Shown: positions 29,802 to 40,929, counted from the first letter of the stretch. The stretch: 64,000 nucleotides of DNA from an uncultured delta proteobacterium (GCA_963699755.1 CAVOVB010000003.1:256001-320000); one strand, 5' to 3'. The notes: generated by a model from the letters alone, not told the origin. A program made the numbers and translations.

Positions 29802-30775
29802 CCCTGGACATCTCACGCGACGACGCGCTCAAGTTGCTACGCGACATGATTCGCATTCGCCGGCTCGAGGAGAAGAGCGCGGAGCTCTATGCCAAGCAGA
29901 AGATCCGCGGGTTCTTGCACCTCTACATTGGCGAAGAGGCTGTTGGGGTCGGGGCTTTGCACGCGCTGCGGACGGACGACAACATCGTGGCGACCTACCG
30001 GGAGCACGGTCATGCTCTGATTCGCGGCATTCCCGCCGGAGAGATCATGGCGGAGATGTACGGAAAGGCCAACGGCTGCTCGGGTGGCCGTGGCGGCTCG
30101 ATGCACCTGTTTTCCGCGGAGCGGCGCTTCTACGGCGGGCATGCCATCGTCGGCGGCGGCTTGCCGATCGCGGTTGGACTCGCGCTAGCAACCAAGATGA
30201 AGGGCGAGTCGCGTGTGACCGCTTGCTTCTTCGGCGACGGCGCCACCGACGAGGGTGAGTTCCACGAGTCGCTGAATTTGGCTGCGCTCTGGAAGCTGCC
30301 GGTCTTGTTTTTGTGCGAAAACAACAAGTACGCGATGGGGACGGCCTTGGATCGCCACGTCTCGGACAGCAACATCGCGAACAATCCGCCGGCGTACGGG
30401 GTTCCAGCGGATTCGGTCAATGGCATGGACGTCGTTGCGGTCCAGCGCGCGGTGCACAACGAGGCCGAGCTCGTCCGTGAAACGAGCGAGCCGCGGTTCC
30501 TCGAGCTGAGGACCTACCGGTTTCGCGCACACTCGATGTACGACGCCGAGCTCTACCGCACCAAGGAAGAAGTCGAAAAACACAGGAAGCACGATCCCAT
30601 CGACGGCTTCCAGGAACGCGGCCTGAGCGACGGGCTGATCACCCAGGCCGACATCGATGCGATCGAAGCCGACGCAGCCAAAGAAGTCGCCGAGGCCGTA
30701 GAGTTCGCGGAGCAGGGCGACTGGGAACCTGTGGAGAACATCCGCCGTCACACCTATGCGAGGGATTTGTCGTGA
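29798..30775 (+). CDS. pdhA: Pyruvate dehydrogenase E1 alpha subunit
   Basis: [18 protein letters not shown], ThDP motif GDGA...ENN, YRFRAHS. Confidence 0.9.
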   Translation: MTLDISRDDALKLLRDMIRIRRLEEKSAELYAKQKIRGFLHLYIGEEAVGVGALHALRTDDNIVATYREHGHALIRGIPAGEIMAEMYGKANGCSGGRGGSMHLFSAERRFYGGHAIVGGGLPIAVGLALATKMKGESRVTACFFGDGATDEGEFHESLNLAALWKLPVLFLCENNKYAMGTALDRHVSDSNIANNPPAYGVPADSVNGMDVVAVQRAVHNEAELVRETSEPRFLELRTYRFRAHSMYDAELYRTKEEVEKHRKHDPIDGFQERGLSDGLITQADIDAIEADAAKEVAEAVEFAEQGDWEPVENIRRHTYARDLS

Positions 30776-31746
30776 CTACGTATCGAGAGGCGATTCGAAC
30801 AGCGCTGCAGACCTTGCTTCGAGAAGATCCCCGTGTGTTCCTCATGGGCGAGGACGTAGGGCGCTATGGCGGCGCCTACGCCGTCAGCAAGGGCCTCTTG
30901 GAGGAGTTTGGTGAAGACCGGGTTCGCGACACGCCTCTGTGCGAGTCGACCTTCGTCGGCGCTGGGATAGGCGCTGCGATCGGCGGGATGCGCCCGATCG
31001 TCGAGGTCATGACAGTGAACTTCAGCTTGCTGGCCCTCGACCAGGTCGTGAACAACGCCGCGGTCATGCGGCACATGTCCGGCGGGCAGTTCGAGGTGCC
31101 GATCGCGGTGCGAATGGCAACCGGCGGCGGCAAACAGATCGCCGCCCAGCATTCGCACAGCCTGGAAAACTGGTACGCGCACGTGCCCGGCATCAAGGTG
31201 CTCGCGCCGGCTACAGTGCAGGACGCGCACGACATGTTGCTCGCCGCGGTCGAAGACCCGGACCCGGTATTCATCTTTGAGCATCAGATGCTCTACGGCG
31301 TCGAAGGACCGTTCGATTCCGTGTCCGAACCTCCATCGCCCTGGAAGGCGGCCATTCGGCGGACCGGCGCCGACCTCAGCCTCATCGCGTACGGGGGTTC
31401 CGTTCACAAGGCCTTGGCGGCGGCCGAGGAGCTTGCAAAGCAAGGAATGAGCGCCGAGGTCGTCGACCTGCGGAGCCTGCGACCGATCGACCACGACACC
31501 ATCATCGGGAGCGTCTCGCGCACACACCGCGCCGTCGTGATCGATGAAGCGTGGAAAACCGGGAGCCTTGCTTCCGAAATCAGCGCGATCTTGGTCGAGG
31601 AGGCTTTCTACGAGCTCGATGCCCCGGTCGCGCGCGTCTGCACGATCGAGGTACCGATGCCATACGCCAAACATCTCGAAGAGGCTGCCATCCCGCAGGT
31701 CGATCGAATCGTCGAGGTGGCGACGAGGAGCGTCGTCGGTGGCTGA
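30772..31746 (+). CDS. pdhB: Pyruvate dehydrogenase E1 beta subunit
   Basis: [26 protein letters not shown]. Confidence 0.9.
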   Translation: MTTYREAIRTALQTLLREDPRVFLMGEDVGRYGGAYAVSKGLLEEFGEDRVRDTPLCESTFVGAGIGAAIGGMRPIVEVMTVNFSLLALDQVVNNAAVMRHMSGGQFEVPIAVRMATGGGKQIAAQHSHSLENWYAHVPGIKVLAPATVQDAHDMLLAAVEDPDPVFIFEHQMLYGVEGPFDSVSEPPSPWKAAIRRTGADLSLIAYGGSVHKALAAAEELAKQGMSAEVVDLRSLRPIDHDTIIGSVSRTHRAVVIDEAWKTGSLASEISAILVEEAFYELDAPVARVCTIEVPMPYAKHLEEAAIPQVDRIVEVATRSVVGG

Positions 31747-33085
31747 GTTCGTCATGCCCTCGCTCGGTGCAGATATGACCGCCGGGGTGCTTGCCAGGTG
31801 GCGCGTCGCGGCAGGGGACCGCGTCTCGAAAGGGGACATCATTGCCGAGGTGGAGACCGACAAGGGCTTGATCGAGGTGGAGGTGTTCGAGGCAGGAGTG
31901 GTTGAGAGCTTGCTGGTGAAGGAAGGGGAGAAGGTACCGGTGGGGACCGTCTTGGCGGAGATTGAGGCGGGGAGAGCGTCAGTGGCAGCGTCAGAGGCAG
32001 CGTCAGAGGCAGAGGCAGCGTCAGAGGCAGAGGCAGAGGCAGCGTCAGTGGCAGAGGCAGCGTCGGTGTCCGCGTCGGCGCCTGGGTCGATCATTTCTGC
32101 GGGCTCCTCTGAACTCGATCTCCATGGTCCCTTCGCCTCGCCCGCTGTTCGGCGGCGTGCGCATGAGTTGAATCTGTCGCTGCGGTCGGTTCGGGGCAGC
32201 GGCGCACATGGGCGGATCACTCTCGATGACTTGGTGGGGGTCGACCAGAGAGCGCACTCAGGTTCGGAGGGCCGCGTTCGTATTTCGCCCTACGCACGCA
32301 GAGTCGCCAGGGAGCGCGGCATCGATATCTCGCAGATTCGTGGCACTGGGCCGGGTGGGGCGATCCGAGCGAGCGATGTCCCGAGCACGAGTGCTTCTGG
32401 GCCGAGCAAGCCGGTTTCGCCCGCCGAGCGCATGCAACGGGCCATCGCGGCGGCGATGACGCGGGCCAATGACGAGATCCCGCACTACTACGTCGAGCAA
32501 AGCATCGACATGGGGAACGTCAGTGCATGGCTTCGCGACACCAACGCATCGCTGAGCGTGAGTGAGCGCCTGGTCTCTGGTGTGGTGGTCTTGCGCGCGG
32601 TCGCGTTGGCGCTGCGCAAACACGAGACGCTCAATGCGACCTGGCAGGGCGCTGAGGCGGTGCCAAGCTCGGAAATTCACGTCGGGCTTGCGGTGTCGCT
32701 TCGCGGAGGTGGGCTCGTGGCGCCGGCCTTGCAGCATACGGACGAGGGAAGCCTCACCGACCTCATGACCCGAATGACCGACCTGGTGAGCCGCGCCCGC
32801 GCCGGGACGCTTCGAAGCTCCGAGATGAGCTCTGCAACCATCACTCTGACCTTGCTCGGGGAGCGAGGCGCCGAGAGCGTGACGCCGATCATCTTTCCGC
32901 CGCAGGTGGCCATTGTCGGATGCGGCGCCACGGTCGAGCGGCCCTGGGTAGTGGATGGGCAGGTGGTGCCTCGGCCCGTCATGCGGGTTACCCTTGGCGC
33001 CGATCACCGCGTCAGCAATGGTCACCAAGGCTCGCGATTCTTGACCACCCTCGACCGACTGCTGCAAGAGCCGGAGAAACTATGA
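31739..33085 (+). CDS. pdhC: Dihydrolipoamide acyltransferase E2 (one lipoyl domain, two subunit-binding domains)
   Basis: MPSLGADM, lipoyl-Lys ETDKG, ASPAVRR and ISPYARR PSBD motifs, DHRVSNG. GTG start at 31739. Confidence 0.88.
   Translation: MAEFVMPSLGADMTAGVLARWRVAAGDRVSKGDIIAEVETDKGLIEVEVFEAGVVESLLVKEGEKVPVGTVLAEIEAGRASVAASEAASEAEAASEAEAEAASVAEAASVSASAPGSIISAGSSELDLHGPFASPAVRRRAHELNLSLRSVRGSGAHGRITLDDLVGVDQRAHSGSEGRVRISPYARRVARERGIDISQIRGTGPGGAIRASDVPSTSASGPSKPVSPAERMQRAIAAAMTRANDEIPHYYVEQSIDMGNVSAWLRDTNASLSVSERLVSGVVVLRAVALALRKHETLNATWQGAEAVPSSEIHVGLAVSLRGGGLVAPALQHTDEGSLTDLMTRMTDLVSRARAGTLRSSEMSSATITLTLLGERGAESVTPIIFPPQVAIVGCGATVERPWVVDGQVVPRPVMRVTLGADHRVSNGHQGSRFLTTLDRLLQEPEKL
31976..32068 (+). 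repeat. Hexamer-based simple repeat (GCAGAG/GCGTCA) encoding the Ala-Ser-Glu linker of E2
   Basis: gcagcgtcagaggcagaggcagcgtcagaggcagaggcagagg... Confidence 0.85.
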
Positions 33086-33324
33086 CCCTCGACGAGATAC
33101 GATCGACCTTGCTCCGCTGCCTGAGCGACGTAGCGCCAGAAATCAGTGACCAGGAAATCGAAGAGGACGCTGACCTTCGAGACGAGCTCGATTTGGATTC
33201 GATGGACATTCTTCGCTGGGTCCAAGGGATTCACAAAGCGCTCGGCGTCGAAATCCCAGAAGAGGACTATGGCGAGATCGCCAGTCTCCGGGACGCAATC
33301 CGCTATGTCGCAGCCCGCGTCTAG
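33082..33324 (+). CDS. Acyl carrier protein
   Basis: Acidic 80 aa; phosphopantetheine motif LDLDSMD, GVEIPEED; ATGA overlap with pdhC. Confidence 0.88.
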   Translation: MTLDEIRSTLLRCLSDVAPEISDQEIEEDADLRDELDLDSMDILRWVQGIHKALGVEIPEEDYGEIASLRDAIRYVAARV

Positions 33325-35998
33325 CTCCGCGCACGTATGGCACACCCTATCTATCGACGCGGTCATGTCGCATCTGCATTGCTCCGCGCACGGCCTGGCG
33401 GGCGCCGAAGCTGAGGATCGATTCGCTCGATATGGTCCCAACGAGCTGCAAGCTGCGGGTCGTGTCTCCCCTTGGGCCATCCTTTTCCAACAATTCAAGA
33501 ACGTCTTGATCATCATTCTGCTGGTCGCAACGGGGATCTCCGCCTTCCTCGGACAGCGCGTCGAGACCATTGCCATCGCCGTGATCGTGCTTTTTGCCGT
33601 GGTCTTGGGCTTCATACAGGAGTACCGGGCGGAACGCGCGATCGAAGCGCTCCGGCAAATGGCTGCGCCTACGGTGACCGTCATACGCGATGGCCAAGAA
33701 ATCGAGATTCCGGCGCGCGAGCTCGTGCCCGGTGATCTGATTTTATTGCGCGCAGGAGACAAAGTGGCGGCGGATGCACGACTGGTCGAGTCGATCAACC
33801 TGGAAGTCGACGAAGCCGCGCTCACGGGTGAATCCATGCCCGTCGCCAAGAACACCGAGGCACTTCGCGGAGAGGACCTGGCCCTTGGCGACCGCGGGAA
33901 CATGGTTTTCGGCGGGACCAACGCCACTTACGGCCGAGGTCGTGCCGTCGTCGTCGCCACCGGTATGGCAACCCAGTTCGGCCGGATTGCCCAGATGCTG
34001 CAGTCCGTCGAAACCGCTAGGACACCGCTGCAACGGAATCTCGACAAGGTGGGTCGTGTTCTGGGTCAAGCAGCCCTGGTCGTCGTAGCGGTTGTCGTGG
34101 CCGTCGGCGTGGTCCGAGACCAACCCTTGCTGGAGATGTTCATCTTTGGAATCGCTCTAGCCGTAGCCGCAGTGCCCGAGGCCCTGCCGGCGGTTGTCAC
34201 CATCTCTTTGGCAATTGGCGTGCAACGGATGGTGAAACGAAACGCACTGGTACGGCGCCTGCCGGCCGTCGAAACCTTAGGCAGTACCTCGGTCATTTGC
34301 TCCGACAAGACCGGCACGCTGACCAGAGACGAGATGACGGCCCGGAAGCTTCATACCCCGGAAAGAACAACCACGATTTCCGGTAGCGGGTACGACCCCG
34401 AAGGCGAGTTTTCGCGGAGCGGTACGGTTGTCGAGCCCTCTCGAGAGGAGATGGACTTGTTGCTTGCGGCCGCTCTGGCCTGCGACGCGCACGTCGTCCG
34501 CGACGACATGCACGACAGCTGGCACATCAAGGGAGACCCGACCGAAGGGGCGATCATCGTTGCGGCCGCCAAAGCCGGAATGCGAAAGGTCGACCTGGAC
34601 CAAAAGTTCCCACGGGTCGCAGAGATCCCCTTCACGTCCGAAACCAAGCGGATGACGACCTTGCACTCCGTTGGCGACGCTCAGGTTGCATATGCCAAGG
34701 GCGCGCCCGAAACCATTCTCGATTCGTGCTCTCGACAACTGACGAGCCAAGGCGAAGTCCCGCTTGCGGATGCCGATCGAGAGGAGATTCTCGAGGCGGT
34801 CCGACAGATGGCCGGGGAGGCTTTGCGCGTGCTTGGGGTAGCCAAGAAGGCGAATGCGACGCTCGGAGATGCCGAGCGCGACATGACCTTTCTCGGTTTG
34901 GTGGGCATGATCGATCCGCCACGGCCCGAAGCTAGAGCTGCGATCGAACAATGCGAGCGAGCCGGCATCCGAGTCGTCATGATCACCGGCGACCATCCGA
35001 TCACCGCTCAGGCGGTGGCCGGCGAGCTCGGCCTGGTCAGCGAGGGGCATGTGGCGACGGGTGCAGAGCTCGAGAAGATGAACGACGAGGAGCTAGAGCG
35101 GAGAGTCGAGAACATCGAAGTCTATGCACGCGTCTCCCCGGCTCACAAGCTGCGGGTGGTCACTGCCCTTCAACAACACGGTCAAATCGTGGCCATGACA
35201 GGCGACGGAGTGAACGACGCACCCGCACTCAAGAAGGCCGACATCGGCATCGCGATGGGCATCACTGGCACCGACGTGAGCAAAGAGGCGGCGGCGATGA
35301 CCCTGATGGACGACAACTTCGCATCGATTGTTGCCGCGGTGGAAGAAGGGCGCGGAATTTTCGAGAACATCAAGAAGTACTTGATGTACCTGCTATCGGC
35401 GAACATCGGGGAGATCGGTCTCATCGCCGGGGCCGTGTTGAGCGGTCTGCCCCTGCCGCTAACCGCCGTGCAGATCCTGTACGTGAACCTCGCCACCGAC
35501 GGCTTACCAGCGCTGGCACTGTCTGTAGACCCTCCTGATGACGATCTGATGGAGCGCGCGCCACGCGACGCGCGCACAGGAATCTTCACGCGCCGGGTCG
35601 TAACGCTCATGGTCGTCGGAGGGCTGTGGTCGACTGCAGCGAATCTCGGTCTCTTCATTTGGGCTCTGCGATCTGGTGGTAGTGTTGCCCACGCCATGAC
35701 GATGACCTTCGTGTCCTTGGTCTTGGTCGAGTTCCTCAAGGCGTTCAACTTTCGGTCTGACCGCCGGTCGATCCTGCATCGGCCGTTTGCCAACAAGTGG
35801 CTGAACCTGGCGATCCTCTGGGAAATGGCGCTACTGGTGTTCATCGTGTCCTTTCCGCCGCTGCGGGAGCCGTTCGGCATAAGCCCTTTGTCGTCGGCGG
35901 ACTGGCTCATCGCGGCCTGCCCAGCCCTGACCATTTCGCCGGTCCTCGAGCTGACGAAGTGGCTCGGTCGACGCGGTTGGCTCGGAACCGAGGCCTGA
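33305..35998 (+). CDS. Cation-transporting P-type ATPase (type II, Ca2+-like)
   Basis: [43 protein letters not shown]. Confidence 0.93.
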   Translation: MSQPASSSAHVWHTLSIDAVMSHLHCSAHGLAGAEAEDRFARYGPNELQAAGRVSPWAILFQQFKNVLIIILLVATGISAFLGQRVETIAIAVIVLFAVVLGFIQEYRAERAIEALRQMAAPTVTVIRDGQEIEIPARELVPGDLILLRAGDKVAADARLVESINLEVDEAALTGESMPVAKNTEALRGEDLALGDRGNMVFGGTNATYGRGRAVVVATGMATQFGRIAQMLQSVETARTPLQRNLDKVGRVLGQAALVVVAVVVAVGVVRDQPLLEMFIFGIALAVAAVPEALPAVVTISLAIGVQRMVKRNALVRRLPAVETLGSTSVICSDKTGTLTRDEMTARKLHTPERTTTISGSGYDPEGEFSRSGTVVEPSREEMDLLLAAALACDAHVVRDDMHDSWHIKGDPTEGAIIVAAAKAGMRKVDLDQKFPRVAEIPFTSETKRMTTLHSVGDAQVAYAKGAPETILDSCSRQLTSQGEVPLADADREEILEAVRQMAGEALRVLGVAKKANATLGDAERDMTFLGLVGMIDPPRPEARAAIEQCERAGIRVVMITGDHPITAQAVAGELGLVSEGHVATGAELEKMNDEELERRVENIEVYARVSPAHKLRVVTALQQHGQIVAMTGDGVNDAPALKKADIGIAMGITGTDVSKEAAAMTLMDDNFASIVAAVEEGRGIFENIKKYLMYLLSANIGEIGLIAGAVLSGLPLPLTAVQILYVNLATDGLPALALSVDPPDDDLMERAPRDARTGIFTRRVVTLMVVGGLWSTAANLGLFIWALRSGGSVAHAMTMTFVSLVLVEFLKAFNFRSDRRSILHRPFANKWLNLAILWEMALLVFIVSFPPLREPFGISPLSSADWLIAACPALTISPVLELTKWLGRRGWLGTEA

Positions 35999-36108
35999 CG
36001 GTTCCTTGGGTCAGAGCCTACGGGCGATCAGCCAGATCCGTCGCAAGTACGGGCGCGAAGTCGATCCGGAGCGTGGCGGAAACGCCTGACTGTGGTAGAG
36101 CTGCGCCC

Positions 36109-36507
36109 ATGGACAAGACCGCGCCGATCTCCGATTTCATGACCCCGATACCGCACACAGTGGGCAGCGAGCAGACCATTACGTTTGCTCAGAAGCTCAT
36201 GGAGAAATACGGGATTCGCCATTTGCCCGTGCTGCACGGAGGCGAGCTCTACGGCATCGTGAGCGACCGCGACCTCGGCATGATCGCCGGCCTGAACGAG
36301 GTCAATCCCGACAACACCACCGTTGAAGAAGCGATGACCCAAGAGGCATACACGGTCTCCAAGGACACCCCGCTCTTCACCGTGCTCAAGGAGATGCTCG
36401 AGCACAAGTACGGCTCCGCGGTCGTCGTCGAAGGCACCAAAATCATCGGCATCCTCACCACGCACGACGCGCTCGCCTTGCTAGTCGAGAAATTTCCCAA
36501 CGCGTAG
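36109..36507 (+). CDS. CBS-domain pair protein
   Basis: DFMTP, IRHLPV, GIVSDRD, GILTTHD. Confidence 0.88.
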   Translation: MDKTAPISDFMTPIPHTVGSEQTITFAQKLMEKYGIRHLPVLHGGELYGIVSDRDLGMIAGLNEVNPDNTTVEEAMTQEAYTVSKDTPLFTVLKEMLEHKYGSAVVVEGTKIIGILTTHDALALLVEKFPNA

Positions 36508-36509
36508 TC

Positions 36510-37484
36510 CTAGTCGCCAGCCTCGAGCTCGTTGATGACCCTCGTGAGGAGTGGGGGATCGTCGGTCATGATGCCGTGCACGCCCTTGACCTCGATCAAC
36601 CATCGCATTTCTTGTTCGTCATTGACGGTCCAGATGTGGACGTACATGTCGAGCTCTTCGACTCGGGGAACGAAGCCGTCATGCAGCACGGGAATGGGGC
36701 CGCTTCCGCCGAGATTGTACTGCACTGGCAGCTGAAGGAACTCGCCTGGTGGGACGTACCCCGGATCGATCGGGAGCCAGGATTTGGTCCAGAATTCCAA
36801 GGATTCATCCTCGCTCAAGCTCGTGGCGATTTCGGGCGCCGCATCGCGAAGCTCGGCGAGGACCTCGGTAGAAAACGAGGCGCCGACCATCTTGTCCTCG
36901 AATTCGTACTGACGAATCAAATCGACGAGGTCATCTATGAGGGAGGGTTCTTGTTGCTTGACCTCGATGTTGACCGCGGTGTCTGGGTAACGTTCCAGGA
37001 CCTCTTCGAGCGAAGGCACGACTAGGCCCATCCCGCGATACGGATAGGTTGCGCCGCCGTCCGTGGTGAAGTGGTAACCAGCGTCGCACTCGCGAATCTC
37101 CGCAAAGGTCATCTCTTTGATGGCGCCCGAGCAACTCGTCGTGTCGTCCAGCGTTGCGTCGTGCATCACCACGATCACGCCGTCGAGGGTCTGGTGAACG
37201 TCCAACTCGAGCATGTCCGCACCGTCTTCGAGTGCCTGGTCATAGGCTTCAATCGTGTGCGTGGGACGAATCAGGAGTCCGCCTCCGTGGGCTATGTTGA
37301 GCACCTTGTCGCAGCGGAGCATCGCCTGGGGCGTCGTGCACTTCGGACCGCTGCCGGCCGCACCGCCTTCGCCACCGGCGCCCGCCTGGCCACCGCTGCC
37401 CGCGTTGCCGCCGCCGCTGCTCGATTCTCCGCAGCCGGACAAGATGATGGAAACTACGGTCAAAGCGAAGAAGAGCTTGTTCAT
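36510..37484 (-). CDS. Glycerophosphodiester phosphodiesterase lipoprotein
   Basis: LSGC lipobox and Gly linker; IAHGG, ELDVH, MHD, NIEVK, WTVND, GIMTD. Confidence 0.88.
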   Translation of the reverse strand: MNKLFFALTVVSIILSGCGESSSGGGNAGSGGQAGAGGEGGAAGSGPKCTTPQAMLRCDKVLNIAHGGGLLIRPTHTIEAYDQALEDGADMLELDVHQTLDGVIVVMHDATLDDTTSCSGAIKEMTFAEIRECDAGYHFTTDGGATYPYRGMGLVVPSLEEVLERYPDTAVNIEVKQQEPSLIDDLVDLIRQYEFEDKMVGASFSTEVLAELRDAAPEIATSLSEDESLEFWTKSWLPIDPGYVPPGEFLQLPVQYNLGGSGPIPVLHDGFVPRVEELDMYVHIWTVNDEQEMRWLIEVKGVHGIMTDDPPLLTRVINELEAGD

Positions 37485-37577
37485 GGCTGCCGCCTCCTAG
37501 ACGATGATGTAGCAGCAGTCGCGGCAGCTGTCCCTTCGGCCTTGTAGGCGCGTCTCGACCCTGGCACCTTTGCGACC

Positions 37578-39758
37578 GTGTCCAGTCGCACCGAGCTCAC
37601 CTTTTGCCGAATTTGTGAAGCAACTTGCGGGCTGAAGGCCACGATCGAAGACGATCGCATCGTGGCCGTCGAGCCCGACCGGGACCATGTCGTGAGCAAA
37701 GGTTATGCCTGTATCAAGGGACTTCGCTACCACGAGATTCATCACTCCCCCGACCGGCTGCGCTGGCCCTTGAAGCGCGTGGGGGACCGGTTCGAGAAGA
37801 TCAGTTGGGAGCAGGCGCTCCTGGAGATCGGCGCCAAGGTCCAGCAGCTGGTGCAGGACCACGGCGGGGATTCGGTCTCTGCGTATCTCGGCAACCCGAT
37901 TTCGTTCAGCTTGTTGCCTCCGGTTCTCATTGCTGCCTTCCTGCAGGGGCTCGGTTCGCGCAATCTGTTTCAGACCGGCTCTCAGGATTGCAACAACAAG
38001 TTCGCCGCGGCGGAACGGCTGTACGGCTTTCCGTTCATTCAGCCCTTCGCTGACATCGATCGCACGCAGTGTTTGATCATCATTGGATCGAACCCGGCCG
38101 TGTCCCGCGCGAGCTTCGTGCAGCTTCCAGACCCCATTCGACGTTTGCGCGCGATCGAAGATCGGGGGGGCAAGGTCTTCCACGTGAATCCGCGCCGTAC
38201 CGAAACGTCAAAGCAACTCGGTAGGCACGTGTTCATTCGTCCCGACACGGACATCTATTTACTGCTCAGCTTCCTTCACGAAGTATTGCGCCGCGATGCG
38301 ATCGATCACGATCGCGTCGAGGTCCACATGAAGGGGCTCGAATCACTGCGAAAGGTCGCCGAGGCCTGGCCGCCGGCACGAAGCGCGGAGGTGACCGGCG
38401 TTTCATCCCAAACGCTTGGCTCGATGGTCGATGCCTACCTCGGGGCGGACGGGGCTGCGCTCTTCCTTTCCACCGGGGTCAATCAGGGCAGTCATGGGAC
38501 GCTGGCGTTTTGGATTCAAGAAGCGATCAACGCGATCACGGGCAACCTCGACCGGCTCGGTGGGACACTCGTCGGCCATGGATTCGTCAAGGACTTCCCT
38601 AAGCTTGCGCGCAGAGGCGGCCATACGATGCGCAAGGACCTTTCGCGCATCGGCCAGCTCCCTTCGGTGGCCGATACGTTTCCCGCGGGACTCATGGCGG
38701 ACGAGATTCTAACCCCTGGAGATGGGCAGATCCGCGCGCTCATTTGTGTATCCGGCAACCCGCTCCTGACGGTGCCCAATAGCAATGGACGGCTCGAAGA
38801 GGCTTTGAAAGCGCTCGAGCTCCTCGTCGTGATCGACATCTTCCGAAACGAGACCGCCAATCACGCGCACTACATCCTTCCCGGTAGCAGCGCCTTTCAG
38901 CGACCGGACTTGCCGTTCGTGTTTCAGTCCTTGATGGGCGCCCAGCCGGTTCCATACGTGCAGTTCACCGATGCACTGCTGCCGTTGGAGGACGCGCAGC
39001 GCGATGAGACGATGATCTTGTTGGACCTCGGCCGAGCTTGTCGCTCCAGGCTCTTTGGATCACGCGTCGCAAATGGGTTCATCCGTGCTTGGGGGAGCCT
39101 CGGAAACCTGCCGCTTGTCGGAAGCCGATTTGGTCTCACTCCGGAGCGATTCCTCGCCTTGATGGCGCGCGCGTTCCGCATCGGCTCGCTTCGCAGACTC
39201 CGCCACGAGCCGCATGGGCGCTTGCTCGAACCGAACAAGGGAGGCGACTTCCTCGGGGAACGGGTCGTCACCGACGATGGGCTGGTCGATTTGGCGCCAG
39301 GGGAATTCGTCGAGGCCGCTGGTGGGCTCGAAGCCGCGTTCGAGCTCGAGAGGTCTCAGCGCGGCAAGCTCAAGCTGATCAGCAAGCGAGAGCAGCACAG
39401 CCACAACAGCTGGATGCACAATCTCCCCCGATTCGTCGAAGGCAAGCGCTCGACGAACTACCTGTACATGAATCCGGAAGATGGCCGCAGAGTAGGGGTC
39501 GAGTCCGGTGCCATGGTCGAGGTGCGCAGCAGTGTTGCGTCGGTACGGCTGCCCGTTCAGCTCACCGATGAGATGATGGTCGGCGCGGTGGCTCTTCCGC
39601 ACGGATGGGGACACCAGGGGGCCGACGGTCTGAGCGTGGCAAACCAGACCACGGGAGTGAACGTGAACCTGCTGGCCGCCGACGGCCCCGATGCGCTCGA
39701 GTATTTCTCGGGAATGGCGAAGCTGAACGGGATCTGGGTGGAGGTCCTAGCCGTCTAG
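37578..39758 (+). CDS. Molybdopterin (bis-MGD) oxidoreductase, DMSO reductase superfamily
   Basis: CRICEATCG...CIKG [4Fe-4S] motif, PDRL, GSNP, NET, NSWMHN, LPHGWG; no Tat signal. Confidence 0.9.
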   Translation: MSSRTELTFCRICEATCGLKATIEDDRIVAVEPDRDHVVSKGYACIKGLRYHEIHHSPDRLRWPLKRVGDRFEKISWEQALLEIGAKVQQLVQDHGGDSVSAYLGNPISFSLLPPVLIAAFLQGLGSRNLFQTGSQDCNNKFAAAERLYGFPFIQPFADIDRTQCLIIIGSNPAVSRASFVQLPDPIRRLRAIEDRGGKVFHVNPRRTETSKQLGRHVFIRPDTDIYLLLSFLHEVLRRDAIDHDRVEVHMKGLESLRKVAEAWPPARSAEVTGVSSQTLGSMVDAYLGADGAALFLSTGVNQGSHGTLAFWIQEAINAITGNLDRLGGTLVGHGFVKDFPKLARRGGHTMRKDLSRIGQLPSVADTFPAGLMADEILTPGDGQIRALICVSGNPLLTVPNSNGRLEEALKALELLVVIDIFRNETANHAHYILPGSSAFQRPDLPFVFQSLMGAQPVPYVQFTDALLPLEDAQRDETMILLDLGRACRSRLFGSRVANGFIRAWGSLGNLPLVGSRFGLTPERFLALMARAFRIGSLRRLRHEPHGRLLEPNKGGDFLGERVVTDDGLVDLAPGEFVEAAGGLEAAFELERSQRGKLKLISKREQHSHNSWMHNLPRFVEGKRSTNYLYMNPEDGRRVGVESGAMVEVRSSVASVRLPVQLTDEMMVGAVALPHGWGHQGADGLSVANQTTGVNVNLLAADGPDALEYFSGMAKLNGIWVEVLAV

Positions 39759-39762
39759 ATAC

Positions 39763-40012
39763 CGGGACGCGGAAAAAGGCGCGTCACGGGGCTGCGTCGA
39801 AGGGCTCGGCGCAGGCGCTCGTGTGGGGGCGGCGGGGTGGGGAGCGCGGGTTCGCGATTCCGGAGCTTGCTTTCTGACGGCGACGAACGAAGATGCAGTT
39901 GGCGAGAGGGTGAACTCATCATCTCCACCCCGCCGCCCCCACGCTAGCTCCTAGATTGTCACTCGCTACGTCGACTCCACCCCATGACGCGTTTTTCCGC
40001 GCCCCTGCATTC
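39763..40012. repeat. Palindromic dispersed repeat / MITE-like element, copy 1
   Basis: Imperfect terminal IRs GGGACGCGGAAAAAGGCGCGTCACGGGG and CCCCATGACGCGTTTTTCCGCGCCCC; internal perfect 18-bp stem 39823-39840/39925-39942; shares both ends with 58371-58565. Confidence 0.75.
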
Positions 40013-40027
40013 AGCTCCTTCTACACA

Positions 40028-40146
40028 GGAGACCGGTTCGGGATGGGCAGCACAGCGATTGGGCCCGCGCCTAGCCGGTTGGCTCCGTGAAGAGCCGTGG
40101 CGACGGGGCGCCCAATCGCGAGCACGCCCGTCGCGAGCCGGTCTCC
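40028..40146. other. Long imperfect hairpin (119 nt), possible structured RNA or second repeat family
   Basis: Nested IRs GGAGACCGG/CCGGTCTCC, GCGATTGGG/CCCAATCGC and GGCTC/GAGCC. Confidence 0.55.
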
Positions 40147-40165
40147 GGTCGCATGGCTGATCGGA

Positions 40166-40765
40166 TCAGCCGGGGAGGAGAAGTTTGCCGGATTCGGTAG
40201 CGGAGAAGGCGGACCACCAGCGTGCGATCTTGTCGAGGCCGTCGACGGGTAGCTCGAGTGGAACTTGGTAGCCGAAGCACACGCCGATTGCGAAGTCTGC
40301 GAGGGTGAGGGTGTCGCCGGTGACGAACTTCTTGTCCGCCAAGTTGCCGTCGAGAATCGTTGCGTACTTACGGAAGTCACTGGTTGCGCGGTCGACGATT
40401 TCTTGATCGGGGTTACCGCGGCTGAAGAACTTCTGATCGAAGAGGCGATTCATCGCGTTGGTCAGGTGGTTGGATTCCCAGAACATCCATTGGAGGATCT
40501 GGTATCGCTTCGCGGACTTCGGCCAGAGCTCGGTGTCACCCTTGCCGGCGAGATAACAGATGATCGCATTCGATTCCCAGAGCACGGTGTCGCCGTCGAC
40601 CAGGGTGGGAACCTTGCCGTTCGGATTGAGCGCGAGGTATTCAGGGGTGCGCTGCTCGCCGGCGCGTAGGTCGACCGTTTGGGTCTCCAGCTCGACTCCG
40701 AGCTCCTTGGCGACAGCATGTACTTTGCGGGCATTCGGCGAGAACAGGTTGGTGTAGAGCTTCAT
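40166..40765 (-). CDS. Glutathione S-transferase family protein
   Basis: SPNARKV, LNPNGKVPTL, WESNAI, TLAD; GGAGGAGG RBS. Confidence 0.92.
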   Translation of the reverse strand: MKLYTNLFSPNARKVHAVAKELGVELETQTVDLRAGEQRTPEYLALNPNGKVPTLVDGDTVLWESNAIICYLAGKGDTELWPKSAKRYQILQWMFWESNHLTNAMNRLFDQKFFSRGNPDQEIVDRATSDFRKYATILDGNLADKKFVTGDTLTLADFAIGVCFGYQVPLELPVDGLDKIARWWSAFSATESGKLLLPG

Positions 40766-40929
40766 CTAGCCTCCTCCATCAGGGGAGCTTACCCCGACTC
40801 CTGGGCGACTTTACAGGGCCGGCCAAACGGGGGTGATTGTAAAAGTTCTGTCACCAATGGAGGCATTTCTCGTAACCCGCTTCGGGGTCTGCAATACAGC
40901 CATTGAGAGCTGCGGGAGCGACAAGCGCA

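Noticed and set aside
31962..32171. ORF with a poly-QR tract
   Set aside because: Alternative frame of the E2 linker microsatellite.
33002..33022. E2 DHRVSNG (Asp to Asn) as an inactivating change
   Set aside because: The catalytic His is retained, and Asn at this position occurs in active E2 enzymes such as Azotobacter E2p.
39763..40146. Hairpins as SRP RNA, 6S RNA or tRNA
   Set aside because: No SRP domain IV GGAA-loop motif and no tRNA arms. A second copy with a different interior does not fit a single-copy housekeeping RNA. Rfam was not run.
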